From: Paraspadella gotoi | Taxonomy: Eukaryota; Animalia; Chaetognatha | Length of the DNA: 64,000 nucleotides | Direction of reading: 5' to 3' | Assembly (NCBI GenBank): GCA_051294375.1 | Contig: CM119268.1 | Span: 13,775,037-13,839,036 of the forward strand | Translations under genes and position numbers: made by a program | Shown: positions 17,536 to 31,171 of the stretch, piece after piece | How the letters are laid out: the number at the start of each line of letters is the position of its first letter | Numbering within the stretch: position 1 is the first letter of the stretch | Notes under the pieces: generated by a model | What the model saw: the letters and a program-made list of their open reading frames with translations, nothing else | Databases searched by the model: none | Told to the model about the DNA's origin: nothing

Positions 17536-18430
17536 TATATCTGTTTCGGCTTAAACGCTTTTTTAACGTCTTGTACTTATAGATTAACATTAAGTTCGTC
17601 ATTTGAAAAGTATTTATTTGTCACATTTATAAAAAAACAAATTTCGGAATTAAGAGTTTTGATTGGCAAACTGGCAGATAAGATAAAAAATATAAATAGT
17701 GTTATTTAGATGCAATTGTTTTAACAAATGGTTGCACATTTTGTTTCTAGTATATATAGAAATTAAAATACATCTAAATATATAAATATGAAAATTGTAC
17801 AATGTCAATGCTTTTTAATTAGTTTATATAATAGACGTTTAATACAAGAAATCTTTTTTTTTGGTTTACGCCAAAAATTTTATTGCGACGAATTTGGGGA
17901 CTAAAGTGTTAAATGCAAGTATTTTAGTTATACTTATATATATATACTTATATACATATAACTTATAGGGTCATAATAATCATCGATATGCAGAAAATCA
18001 GTTTAAGATCAATCTTATCCGTTTGCCAGATGGCAAGACCAATAAATTTTATTTTCATTTTTTTAGTTGAGCGGCGCATGACTTCACTTTTGTTTATTTT
18101 TTATTAGTCCCACAATATCACGACCTCTAAGTGAATGAACAAAAAATATCAACATGAGCACAAAAAGTCAACGTTAAATTTTTGACTTTTATATATATAT
18201 ATGTACGACTTTACGTATTAAATTCCCCACCCTCCCTAATACGTTATTCTTTAAGTAATGACGGACGTTTTGTGTTTTTTCGTAAAGAGTTTTTTTTTGT
18301 AAAGAAATACTTTCAAAAACAAATACAAATTAATACTTGAAGAATAAAACACACGTCTTTAAAAAATCTTCGGTAGCAAAAGGATGAGAAGATTCTCAGA
18401 ATATAAAATTCATCTTTTTGCCAAATGTAC

Positions 18431-19073
18431 GTAAAATTCCGATTTTTGGTGCCCAGAATATCTGAAAAGCAGAAGATAAATATTAGATTTGCAGTAGAGC
18501 CTCATAACTGCACAGGTGGAACTTCTCAATGGTTGTTCTCGATTGGTAGTAGAAGAGATTCCAAAGATAATCCCAGAATTCGACTGGTTCCAAGTGATCG
18601 TTAAGGGAAAATTAGTTTTCCCTGGTCTGAAATCGCGTTTCTTTCCCAAGAGAGGTGACTCAAGGTTTTTTTTTGTTTTAATAGAGCGGAGAGAAACCGT
18701 ACTATCAATATAATTATAACGATGATGAATTATTTTCCTGCACAAGGAATATTAGGTAAATTAGGTTAACACTGCGATAATTAATGGTAATGGAAAATGA
18801 AAAACTATACTAAATCCATAGAAAGTTAAAATTTCATGTTAAAATTAAAAAGATTCAGTGATTCTGTGTGATTTTTCACGCCGTTTTACGTCTCACGTGA
18901 TCGAAAACGACGACGTTGATGAATATCGCAAATCAACTTCATCAATTCCAAACGTGTTATCTTCTTTAAATGTCAATTGAAATTTAGTAAACGTTACCCT
19001 GATTTTGATATTAAGCCGAAGTACGTTATGAACAGGGCAGTCTCCGGAATCGTATATTCGCGAGAGATAAAAT
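18431..19073 (-). CDS. Two candidate exons encoding a possible divergent CUB-like domain
   Basis: Exons 19073-18897 and 18626-18431 are phase-compatible with AG/GT borders. They give ...DCPVHNVLRLNIKIRVTFTKFQL...DEVDL...PGKTNFPLTITWNQSNSGIIF. Confidence 0.3.
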
Positions 19074-20692
19074 CTGACAGGAATAGTCAAAACAACGATG
19101 CCAACAAAATGACGGGCGTCTTTATGTTTGGCCTCTGGAGAAGAGTTGAGGAGAAACTAGGGGGGGGGGTAACGGGGGGCGGGCAAAAAGAGCTTATAGG
19201 TTAATGGTTCCTTTGTGGTAATAGAAGGGGGGGGAGAAGGTAAATCAAAGTGGAGGACTCTGTAACACTTGAGAAATGGAGAGAAAAATACAGAGAAAGA
19301 TTAAAGGACTTCGTCGTCGTTTTCGCTCGTCGTTCGTCGTTCCGTTTTCTCAATATTTAAAGTGACTCATGTGAAGCAGAGCGGACTTCTCGGTGCCTTT
19401 CTATTCACTGAACTCGTTACGTCGTACAATTTCGTTTCCCCAGGCTATTTGCGCCTCCCTGCACCCCGTCGGTGCTTTTGTGCGCGGAGTGCGGGAAAAA
19501 GTTCTTTTGAAATTATTTTCTCTTTTTGTTAGTTGGAATTACGTGGCGTCGAAATAGATTCTTCTCAGCAGAATAACTACATTTAGTTAATAATTGAATT
19601 TAGGGTTATATACTATAGCGGTTTGCTTTAAGAGGTTTAGTAAACTGAAGTTTTCGCAGAAATGGCAGTAAATGTCTAATTAAATGACGAATAAATGGTG
19701 AATAATAAATAAATAAATAAATTAATATTATTATTATTATTAAAAGATAATAAATAAATGGCGAAATCAATGTCGTATTATAATTGGTGTAGAGAATCCT
19801 TGATTACATAAAACTACGGTTCCATACGGCAGTTTTTTTCCAGAAAAAACGATTATGATCGAATAATAAAGTGACGAGGTTTTCGGCTAAAAGAAAGCGA
19901 CGTAGAACGGTGAAAACTTAGACCAGGGAAAAAAAAGACCGGACGCGGAGATCACAAAATCTTTCTGATAAAACAATGTCTTGGCTAGGATTCATAGCAC
20001 GTTTTTAAAGCTGACAAATTTAAGAAGTCACATAATGAGGAATCATTTAAAAAAGAATCAAAAATATAGACGACGAGCGCCACATTAAAATCAAGAATTC
20101 TTTACAAGATGAATAAAGGTAAGTGTTATATGCAAATACAAAAAAAATGAGATTGTAGGTATGCTACTGATAAATCTTCGAATCGCATACAACGCTACGG
20201 TTTCAACGAAAGTCTTTCGAAGGACGATTAAGGCAAAGGTTTATAACGTACAAGTATTAAAGTATAATGTTTAATCGTACAAAAGTTTAAACCGAAATGT
20301 TAAAGGTAAACGTTTATACAAAAGGGAGAAGTCCTGACATCGCGAATCCCTCGACGAAATAGGAGGTTGGATGAAAGTTTAAGTGCTCAATGTTAAGCGC
20401 GTCTCCTCGCTCGATTCCCGCCAATTACCCTCCTTAACTCACCTCCGGTCCCTGCCTACCCTTGCCATACACGACTTACACCCTGCTATTCTCTCTATCT
20501 TTTTCCGAGCACCGTCCCTCCTCCCTAGCGGAGCGGATGGGAGGAAGAGGAGAGAAGAGAGAGATGGAGAGAGAGGAGAGAGAGAGAGAGAGAGATGGAG
20601 AGAGAGAGAGAGAGACAGAGAGAGAGCGAGAGAGAGAATTTTCATAATCGAAGTTTGATGATTTGTTCGTCTCCGTTCTTCGTTCTCTCCTT

Positions 20693-20733
<41 letters not shown>

Positions 20734-20741
20734 TCTCTCTC

Positions 20742-20784
<43 letters not shown>

Positions 20785-21989
20785 TCTCTCTCTCTCTCTC
20801 TCTCTCGACTCTCGACTCTCGAAGCCGAGCCGAGAGAACGAACGAACGACCTCGTTCCACTAAAGATGGCGCTCGATCGTTATGCATAAATTCATTATTT
20901 ATCGTTTACATTATTTACAGGGAACAGCTCGTGTTTACTTCTCGTTTTACCCGCCGGGACAAAGTCTCTCGCGATTTCTCTGGAAGGGATCGGCCATAGC
21001 TCCAATATTGCATTGGTAAAAAAATTGTCTTGTCCTTACTACATTTATTATAAAGAAAATTAATTAAAAACACATCATATTCAAAGTTATACAATCAAGA
21101 AAGGCTCATTGCTTCTTTTTTTCGTGCTCCCCATTCCTTAGGTGATCGTTGAAAAGCTAGAAAGTATTCAAGGCCAACTCGTTTCAGTCTGTATTGAACA
21201 GTCGTTTTTCTCCTTTACATTGGTTTCCCACTAGGCTCCTGTCTACTCTACTCTCTCTCTCTCTCTCATCGTCTCTCGTCTCTCGGTCTCGTCGTCTCTC
21301 TCTCTCTCTCGTCTCGTTTCCCCTTCCTTCCTATCTCAAGTTCCGTCGCGCGGTTTAAATTCCAGGCCACGAGGACATTAAGTGAAGCCTAATGACTTTC
21401 AGTTCTTGTTCCCCCGCTTCGGCTTTCGCTTCGCCTTTCCTTTGCATCGGCTCTGGATCCGCTTCTGCGTTTCTCCGCTTCTGCTTCCACTTCCGGGTCC
21501 GCTTCCGCTTCTGAGTCTTCCGTTTTCTGCCTTTAACTCCGCACCGGCAGAGAGAGAATTCGAAAAACGAGTCTCCCATTTTTCTTCTCTTCTTTCACTA
21601 TTGTTTTTTTTTCTTTTTTCATATGTGTTATCTTTCATTCTAATCTTCTCTTTATTTCAACCCTGAAGTATAGGCTTTTTTTTTTTCGTTTATTACCCGC
21701 AATACATTAAATTTCTAAGAGAATCACGTAAGAACAATTGATATCATCTTGATAATATAAAAGTAATTCTCTTATTCATATTTTCATAATGTATTTACCT
21801 ATTCTAGGTTATGACGCTATTTCTTTTTTAAATACATTAATGAAACTTAAACTCATACATGACCTTCTATCTCTTTCTTCTTNNNNNNNNNNNNNNNNNN
21901 NNNNNNNNNNNNNNNNNNNNNNNNNNNNNNNNNNNNNNNNNNNNNNNNNNNNNNNNNNNNNNNNNNNNNNNNNNNNNNNNNNGAGAGAG

Positions 21990-22023
<34 letters not shown>

Positions 22024-22940
22024 AATTCAATGAGATAAAAATGTTTTTTTTATTTCCTGTATCCGCCAGTTATACCAATATTTTTTCTGAAAGGAGAGAG
22101 AGAGAAGAGGAAGAAGAAGAGAGAGAGAGAGAGGGAGAGCAGAAGAGGGAGAGAGAGAGAGAGAAGAGAGAAAGGAGAGATAGTGTGTGCATAAGACTTA
22201 GCCATTTAAAACAGCAAAATTGGAATTTGGGAGACAGAGACAGAGTAAAAAAAGATTATCGGAGAAAAAACTTTTGCGGAAGAATCGCGCCCGGAAATAA
22301 TGCGTCGAGTAGACGTGGCGCGCGCGAGGCGCCAACGAGACACAGTCGCGAGAGGCGCCGACGACGCGGACGCAAAAAACGCAAATATGGCGCTGACGAC
22401 GCCCAAGGAGAGAAAGGCGAGGGTGGCGCTCACAAGTCCTACGCGGATACGCGGCGATGGCGCCCCGAGTTTATCTGGCAAGGGTTCGTTCGCGGCTTTT
22501 CGCTTTCTATAGGTCAGGATTCCTTGTCAATAATCAATGAAAAATTTTTAAAAAGTCAGATTTATATAAAATACGATTAATAACGTTGTCTTATGAAAGT
22601 TTGGTTAGCTTAGACTTTTCCATTTTATCTCCCCTTAGCTCAGGATTACATTATTGTATTTATAAATGCACTAAAAATAAACTAACATACCTCTTCTTTT
22701 TTATTCCATATGTTGGTTGACTCTTTTTCCAAACTAACAGACAAAATCACAAATGGAAACATTTGGGTTCGTTTGCTTTTCACTTAGTAGAGGACTCTTC
22801 TTACAAAAATAACAAGAGCAAATAAGCCAATAAAACCTGAAAAAAAAAATGAGAGAGAAAAAAAAACATTTCTGGAATCCTTGTTGATCTTCTTTTCATT
22901 TCCGGATTGTAAACTAAGCATTGGAAACTCACCTAGGTAA

Positions 22941-23527
22941 TAAGGCGTAGTGAAAGTTACGTACGAAAATTCTAAAGGTCAATTATGAACAACATACCAT
23001 CAGTAAACATTAATTTGTAAAAAAAATTAATTTTATGTTTTTTATATAGTACTATCCTTATAAAATCGAAAAATTTCAAAATAGGCTTTTCTTAATTTTG
23101 ATTGCAGATTTGAATTCCTCGTCAAAAGTTGATAAAAGAAAATATAAATTATTTTTAAAAATTCTTTCATTAAGTGGGTTAAAAATTACAAAAACTATAT
23201 TTAATATATAAAAAGTTGATTTTCAGCTTAAAATATAGCTTTTTCTAATTTTTGACCCACTTAATGAAGGAATTTTTTAAAAAGAGTTATATTTCTTTTT
23301 ATCAACTTTTTATGACGAATCCAAATCTGCAAAAAAATCTTAGAAAAAACTGTTTTGAAATTTTAACATTTATTGGATTAGTACTAGTATAAATATGGCC
23401 TACTGAGAAAATTGAAAAAATTATTATAAATTTTTTTTATACATAAATGTTCATTAGTATAATGTTGTTCGTTCCTCACTTTTAGAATTTTAATTAAAGT
23501 TAAATTTAGAAATTTTACTACGCCTTA
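22941..23527. mobile_element. Fold-back MITE, hAT-like, 587 bp, 8-bp TSD CTAGGTAA
   Basis: Termini TAAGGCGTAGT and ACTACGCCTTA. CTAGGTAA occurs at 22933-22940 and 23528-23535. The whole body is an imperfect palindrome (TTCATTAAGTGGGT / ACCCACTTAATGAA). Confidence 0.9.
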
Positions 23528-23999
23528 CTAGGTAAGCCTCTCAACAGATGGGGGATCAGTAAGACGCCAGAAGATACCACCGTGCCAACTCCTCTAAAAC
23601 AATAAACCAAGAACTGGAGGTCAACTAGATGCTAATACCGAGTATCACCGACTACCTTGATCACCCAGCAATCCTTGCGTTTCCATCAAGAGAATCCAGT
23701 TTAGACATCAACATCGACTCAGGTTCTTCATCCGCTCGAAGACTAAATCCCCTTTCGCTCGTTTCCTGGTTAGGATTTCCCTTTTTTTTTTCTCTCTCGT
23801 TTTTTATTACCTGTTTCTTTTTTGAGGGGAAAAAAACGATGGAAATAAATAACAAACAGGAGCGATGACGAAACTTACGGTCATGTGCAAAGAAATCGTG
23901 TCACTTTATTTCTAACCTTAAAAATCACCCTATATGTACTTTAATTTCTAAAAAAAAATTAAAAGTGAATTAAATTTTATTGAAAGATGATAAATTTGG

Positions 24000-24183
24000 C
24001 ATAAATTTTATTAGGAGCAGTGATTTTTTAAAATAAAGTACTCCACCTCAAAACTGAACATAAAAAAATCTGATAGATTTAAAACTAATCTTTTTTATTT
24101 TGATATTTTGTATTCTTTGTAAGAGATTAAAAATTAAAAAAATTACACTGGATATCTGGAGGGATAGCTGGATAACTGGATTT
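24000..24183 (+). repeat. Dispersed repeat with an inverted relative at ~34056-34233
   Basis: ACTGGATATCTGGAGGGATAGCTGGATAACTGGATT and its upstream flank match the reverse complement of 34056-34233, where an (AT)n run has expanded. Confidence 0.6.
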
Positions 24184-25589
24184 CCTCAGTAGCTCGTTTT
24201 TTGTTATTTTTTTTTTTTGCCCATGGGTGTAAACATCGACCACAAAAAAAGAAGTTAAAACAAAGATTGACCAAGATGAAACACTTTTTTTAAAAAAACT
24301 TAGAATTAAGGCACAAGAGAAGGTAGGAAAAAAATAGCCGAACTAAACTGTTCACGTGGTTTGCGGTATACACAAATGTCACAAACGCCATTGATGAAAG
24401 AAACTGTTTGGCACAGAAGATTACGTCAATGTTGAAAACGACCTCTCATGAGGTCGACGAGATGGAGAAGACCAATCAGCGATCTTGTTCGAAAACGCGA
24501 CGTTAATAAAAGGGAAAGATTCACGGGATGAATGGATGAGGATCTGAAAGGTCGGGTAGGTTGAACGGAGATGCAAAGAGGATGGGGAAAAGGGGAAAGG
24601 AAAGGAATCCCCGGGGAAGAGTTCTTAAGTCGCGTCGAAAAATCCCTCGACCCATCAGGGTTCTGTTTTTAGCCCCGTTTCGCGCACAGCATTTTTTTTC
24701 TTTTTCGGTTGTTTTTTTTAACCGAATAGACTTTGATTTTCTGAAAGGAAATTTAGGGGAAAAGTGTAAAAAAAAGGAAAAAGCTGCGCGAAAGATGCAA
24801 AAGCTGATTGTGAATGCTATACGACCAACAGAGAAACATATATTGACATAAGTATAGACATGTGGCACGGTGTGACAACGGTGTGACCGGTCACTAAGTG
24901 AGTGACGAGCGTGGCTGAAGACGGAGCGAGGAGCGTGACGCAGGGAACGACAGGTCACGTGACTTTGAAGTAAAGTTTATTTCGTTTTGAATTATTTCAC
25001 AAAGATAAAACTTGTTTCAAATTTCTTCTCTTCTTAATATAATGTATTCTTTACATTGTAGAGAATCTGAAGTAAGGAGAGGCAAAGTTAATATTGCATA
25101 AAGTATTATTGTGGTTGAAATCACGAGGTTCAAATCGAATATAAAAACAAGGTTGAAATCAAGAGGTCTCAATCAAGACTGACTTTTCAGTTAACAAGTA
25201 ATACAAGGGAAAGCGGTCAAGAAACAAAAGAAACAGGATGGTGACGTCATCTGGTGAGGGACCGGCTTTTATAAAGGATTTCTTTGTTTGTCTCTAGTCT
25301 TTACTTCGTGTTTCAAAACAGAATTAACGTGGTCGTCTGATATAGACTATTATATATACTATTATATAGACAGCCACATATAGCGAGACAGACATACTGA
25401 AAGAGACAGACGCTGATTGACAGACAGACAAAGACAGAAAGAAGACCGGGAATATTTGCTTCAACCTCGATCGTAACCTTTAATCACCGAATGACAAATC
25501 GCTGTTGCCATATGTTTCTCGCTGATGTCGACATTTTTTTTTACCTCTTCCCGATTCTATTGCTCCCTCTCTCTCTCTGTCTCTCTCTG

Positions 25590-25663
<74 letters not shown>

Positions 25664-25914
25664 ATTTTGCTCGCCTCACCTGATTTGCGCTTATATTTTT
25701 GTTCATAAAACAAAATATTTGTTTAATCTTCTCTTTTTCTCTATCTTTCTTTTTCTCTCATCCATCCTGATTCTGAATGAATTTCTTTTCGAATTCTTCG
25801 TCGCTTTAGGCTCGATTTGATTCATGACTCGATTAAAGGTAAGGCCTGACTTAAAGGTAAGGCCTTTATAGGAAAGAGGCAGAGGCAGAAAGAGGTAAAG
25901 GAAAGAAAGAAAAA

Positions 25915-26006
<92 letters not shown>

Positions 26007-26317
26007 AAAAAAATAAAAAAAGGAAAAAAAGAAAAAAAGAAAAAAGAAAGAGATAGATATAGATACAGAGACTATCAAAGATTCTTTCTGCTTCAGCTTT
26101 AGATTAAAGTAAGCTTGATACGATTATTGCTGGAATATTGAAAAATATAGTATGGTAACCCAGAAATGTGCCGCTTTTAATCTACTATCTGACGAATCGT
26201 TATTGTCATTTGTTTCCCATTTCGAATTCTGGAAATTTGTCAAAGAGCAGAGGAAGAGGAAAAAAGAGGTTGGAGCCAAAACGAGAATGCGCGGCGAAGT
26301 CGTAGACAGAGCGGGCG

Positions 26318-26449
<132 letters not shown>

Positions 26450-26824
26450 CAGCTGACTACCTGCATAGCTGTTGCTTATCGAGTCACCGTGCCCGGCCTT
26501 TGTTCTCTCTTGACAAATATTACTCAATTTTACTTTTTAAGTCATAAATTAATACTTATTTTGATTTCTCGTCTTTTTGATACTCGAAACCAATAATTTT
26601 ACGGTAAGTCAATCGAAAAAAGGGCGATTTAATCGATTTGTATCAAATTTCAAATGTATATTTTTTTTAAAGACGTTAAAAAATCGGTATTGAAGTTTTA
26701 TATCGATAAATATATTAATTTTATATCTGACTTCAAAACAGAAAACAGACAAATCTTAGATTTTCGTCTTGAACGGTTGTTCTTTTCTTTCGAATTAATA
26801 CTTTTAATTATTTGCCTTCGACAG

Positions 26825-27617
26825 ATGGCGGCGGCAGAAGCTCTACTCATTTCGCAGGGACACCAGAAGATGATCATTGATTTTCTGAAGGCAAACGGAG
26901 GCTCCTGCTCTTACGAGGTCTGTTTTGTTTTATCTGTTTTGTTTGTTTGTTTTGTTTTGTTTTGTTTCGTCCGTCCCACCTGAGCTTTGAACGCCATTTA
27001 CTAATGAGTGGATGGGGCGCTAGACTTAAAATTTTGTGTGTGAGTTAAGAAAATTGTGTTTGACCTTGCAGTCACGTTTTGCTGGAATCGTTAAAGAGGA
27101 AAAACCATAAAATATGCTTATTTAATTTTGCCTGTTTTTCCTTTTGAAATTTGAAATATAAAAGCCTTTTGCAAGAACAAATACTACAATTTTAACAAAC
27201 ACTACAATTACCATAACCACAATAAAAACTATTATGACCATCACCTCCATTATTACCAGAATTAATACAGCTACCACATAAAAAAAATATAAATTATGAA
27301 TATTGTTGGTGAATTATATTAAATATAAAATAAATTGCCTAATTATCATAACTTATCTTCTGATTCGCTGCTTACCGCTAAATGCCTACGTGCAAATCCG
27401 GCGTTGTTTGCTCAAACTCGTTATATAATGTTTCATTCACCAGGTGTTGGTTGAGGAGAGCGAGAAGCACCACTGCGACACCCTCGGCGCGATGCTCAAG
27501 TCGTTGAAGAACAAAAAGGTCATCGGATTCGAGCAGAACTTCCTCATGTACCCGATGCATAAAGACGAGATTGTCACTCTGGAAAATGACTCATTCGATC
27601 CATTTACTCCCAATTGA
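26825..27617 (+). CDS. Costars/ABRACL-like small winged-helix protein, 88 aa
   Basis: Exons 26825-26917 and 27444-27617 (phase 0), with a probable 5'UTR intron at 26604-26824. Protein: MAAAEALLISQGHQKMIIDFLKANGGSCSYEVLVEESEKHHCDTLGAMLKSLKNKKVIGFEQNFLMYPMHKDEIVTLENDSFDPFTPN. It fits the Costars pattern L.G.LK..K..K.V.[FY]....L....H.D..I.L. Confidence 0.8.
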
Positions 27618-27631
27618 GATGGGGAAGGAAG

Positions 27632-27698
<67 letters not shown>

Positions 27699-28894
27699 AG
27701 AGAGAGAGAGAGAGAGAGAGTGATAGCATCGAGCTAATGAGTTTCTGCCAAAATATAACTTTTCCAAAAAAAATTGAAAATTGTGTATCTTTCTAAGAAG
27801 CTCAAACTCAAGTATGTATACTTTTATATATATATTTTTTTTTTTTTGATTCAAGCGTTTTTATGAAGAATCTGAATCTTTAATAAAAGTTTAAAAAAAT
27901 ATATTTTTAAAATTTATTTATTTTATAAGAATATTACTACAAATAAATTATATTTTACTATTCTGTTCCCGAGACAATATGAACAAAATATTTTTATACT
28001 ATTTAATCATACTATCTTACATCTAAATATCCTTGTTCGATCATTCAAATAATTTTTTTGTTCTTGAGTGCTCCACTCTAATGTATACTTTTTGTGTTAA
28101 TATTGTATCGTTTTATCTTTTCATTCAAAAATCCACACTCTCTTTAAATTTTTTTTATGAAATACTAGAAACTTCGAAGAATATTGTTTCTCACGCTTTT
28201 CTTTTTCTTTTTTACCTTTTATGCTTTTCCAATTTTCATGTCTTTTTTTAATCTTTCCTTATTTTTTACTTATTTTTTGTTTATCAATTTTATTCTACTA
28301 TAATTAATAAGTTATTTAGTTAATTTATTTAGTCTTCATCCGGATTCTTCGCCTCCGGTTCAATCTTTTCTCAGACGTGTTTACCGCAATAACCGAAAAG
28401 AGCGATAAAGAACGAATTAAATTTACAAACTTTGGTTCTTTTAAAATTCAATTGTAAAGTGCCTGTCTTTGTCGTTGTTTTTCTGACTACTCCGTCGATA
28501 TATATTAACTTTTTAAGGAAACGCGGTTTATGTGGTAACGTTGTAGTACCATATAGTAAGGCTGAACAAGGTAAAAACTAAAAGTTCTGTAATATAAATA
28601 ACGTTAAAGCATCCCTGTGGGATAACAGAATTTTTTTAAAAAAATTTATTTTATGTATAGTTAATATTAATATTAATAATATAGCATTTAAAGTTTATCA
28701 TATTAATATAAATCGGATTACTTAAAAATGGATTCTGGTATAGCTTGAAAAAAAAAATAAAAAAATATATTATTATAAGATTTCCAAATTTTTAGGCTTG
28801 ATTGGTTAAAATTAGCAAAAACTAAAAATTATAGTATGATAATAGAGAAAAAACAAAGTTTTATTAGTTTCAAAACGACTTGGTTTTTATTGAA

Positions 28895-28940
28895 AAACAG
28901 ACATGTTTCGGCTTTGGTTTTCAAGCCTTCTTCAGTGTTT
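28895..28940 (-). ncRNA. Minimal type I hammerhead ribozyme (copy 1)
   Basis: The reverse strand reads AAACA-CTGAAGA-A-GGCTT-GAAAACCA-AAGCC-GAAA-CATG-TC-TGTTT. Confidence 0.8.
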
Positions 28941-28969
28941 GTGAATTAGACAAATTATTGTGCAAAAGA

Positions 28970-29008
<39 letters not shown>

Positions 29009-29630
29009 TTAAAGTTTCCAACAAAGTGGTGAGACAGAATAGTGGTCAGAGGTGAGGACAGTCGGCAGGCGTATCAGGCCAAAGAGACATAAGAGTGGCA
29101 CTAGGGATCTTTCCTTCTGGCTAGTCCCAGTCCAACACTTACAAGTTCGGTCACACTCTCCTCTCAGCCACTGACGCGCCAATGACCCGTCACCATCCCC
29201 TATGTCCTTCCTTTGCACAACCAAAGGGGGCCAGCTCATTTTGAGCTCTTTCTTACTCCTTAAATTTCAATTTCTTAGGCTCTTATATAGCAATAAAAAA
29301 TATAACTAAACTTTCTTTCATTTTTCAACTTCACATTTCACCAAATTTCTTTAGCTAATTAGTACACATATTGAATTATTTATTCACTCTTTTGCAATTG
29401 TTAAAAATTCTCACCAAATCTTTTTCAGTTTTTAAACATTTATTACTGTTGTACATTGCACAATGTATATTTTTAATTATTTATTTATCCTGTTAAGTCT
29501 ATCTCTCTCTCTCTCTCTTTCTCTCTAACAAATTTCATTTCTTTTCAAAAACTCACTCAATCTGTGTTCAACTTACCCTGTCCTCACCTCTGACCACTAT
29601 TCTGTCTCACCACTTTGTTGGAAACTTTAA

Positions 29631-29666
<36 letters not shown>

Positions 29667-29699
29667 TCTCTCTTTTGCACAATAATTTGTCTAATTCAC

Positions 29700-29744
29700 A
29701 AACACTGAAGAAGGCTTGAAAACAAAGCCGAAACATGTCTGTTT
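29700..29744 (+). ncRNA. Minimal type I hammerhead ribozyme (copy 2)
   Basis: Stem I AAACA(29700-04)/TGTTT(29740-44); core CTGAAGA 29705-11; stem II GGCTT/AAGCC; GAAA 29730-33; palindromic ACATGT stem III; GUC cleavage triplet ending at 29739. Confidence 0.82.
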
Positions 29745-30354
29745 TTCAAAAAACAAATTCGTTGAAACTAATAAAACTTTGTTTTTTCCTCTAAATCATT
29801 TACAACGAAAAGAAAGGATTATCATATAGTATGATAATAATAATTTTCAAGGTTTTTTTCCATTATTGAACCCACTTATCATCAAAATATTGAAAAACGA
29901 ATTATAATTCGTGCAAACAAGTTTTTATGGGTTATCTGAATCCATTCTTTAAAAAAAATTTGAAAAAAAAAATTCATTGTCTCTGCATTGATAAATATTC
30001 AAATGATTTAATATTATGCTGTGCTTCACTTGTAAAAAAAGTGATAGTAAATATTAATTAAGTTTATGATGGACAAATGAATTTTATAGTACAGAACTCC
30101 TAATGATCAAAAGTTATCAATTTTGGCCCGCCTTACTTTATAGTATATACGGTCGACTCTGCTCACAATGGTGTTGTACTCGTGAAAACATGGTTTTTCT
30201 TCAATTTCTTGCCTTTGCTACGTAATTTGTCTAATTTTGTGAATAAAAACATGACAAAATCCTAAAAGTCATTCATCGATATATTTCTTATTTTTCGAAC
30301 TAAACGAAAGAGTTACAACAGTTGATACATATTTCGTCAGCTCGTTAAATTTCT

Positions 30355-31129
30355 TTACAAATCCGTGACGAGAGTTTTTCTTCTCGAGTAAAAAGTCGGA
30401 TTTTGCAGAAGCTTCATGAGTTTGTGCTGCGTTGCTAGAATCTCGTCCACGGCTTCGACCCAACCCTGCCGCTCCTGCTGCGTCGGAAAACGGAAGACAA
30501 TGAATCGCGGCTCGGCAGCGTCGGCGCCGACGCTAGCTTCCGCGGCGGCGGCTGCGTCGCCGTCTTCCAAAATGACAACCATATCGTCGCTGCCCGCTTC
30601 TTTCACATCCTCCTTCTGAGGTTTCCCGTCCTCCTTTTCCCCGCCAGTATTATCCACGCCCCCACCGCCCGAAGCTTCGTCGCGTTCCTCGACAACCAGC
30701 GCCATCTTGTTGGTCTTAATCTGACGTCGGCACAAATACTGAACTTCGTTTCCATCTTCGCTTTCGAAAATCTCCGCCACGATGATCGTTTGTTCGAAAA
30801 GGAATGTGTGACGCCGGACGAAAGATGCGGCGGACGCCGCTCCGCAGACCGGCAGCGCCGTCATCTCCGCCACCTCCGCCTTGGCGCTCCGCAGCAGCTT
30901 TCCCTGCGCCGTGACGCTGCCCTGAAATCCAAGAAGTTTCCCCGCTTCCATCATGTCGTTGGCGGACTTGGGAAGGCGTTCCAGGATGCTCAACGTGTCC
31001 TTCAGAGGCGCGTGGTCTTCGCCGAGCTTCTCCGTGTACTTGACGACCTCTTTGAGAAGGAGAGGATAGCGGGTGATGCGTTGGACGGGTTGGATCAGCA
31101 AATCCTGTAGGGAGGGTCGAAATACACAC

Positions 31130-31171
<42 letters not shown>

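Larger units (their letters stand above)
28843..29793. mobile_element. Non-autonomous Penelope-like element: inverted ~217-bp terminal repeats (28843-29061 and 29578-29793)
   Basis: The arms are near-identical reverse complements. Each carries a hammerhead motif followed by AATAAA. No RT or GIY-YIG ORF lies between them. Confidence 0.7.

Noticed and set aside
21355-22512. Possible exons flanking the 21883-21982 gap (EAEADPE-like and Arg-rich ORFs)
   Set aside because: The frames are inconsistent, no family is recognisable and the contig ends are noisy, so no gene model can be supported.
23661-23770. hAT transposase dimerisation motif (SERGFS) on the minus strand beside the MITE
   Set aside because: Only six residues match, the surrounding W, P and R-x-x-L positions are absent, and it lies outside the TSD-bounded element.
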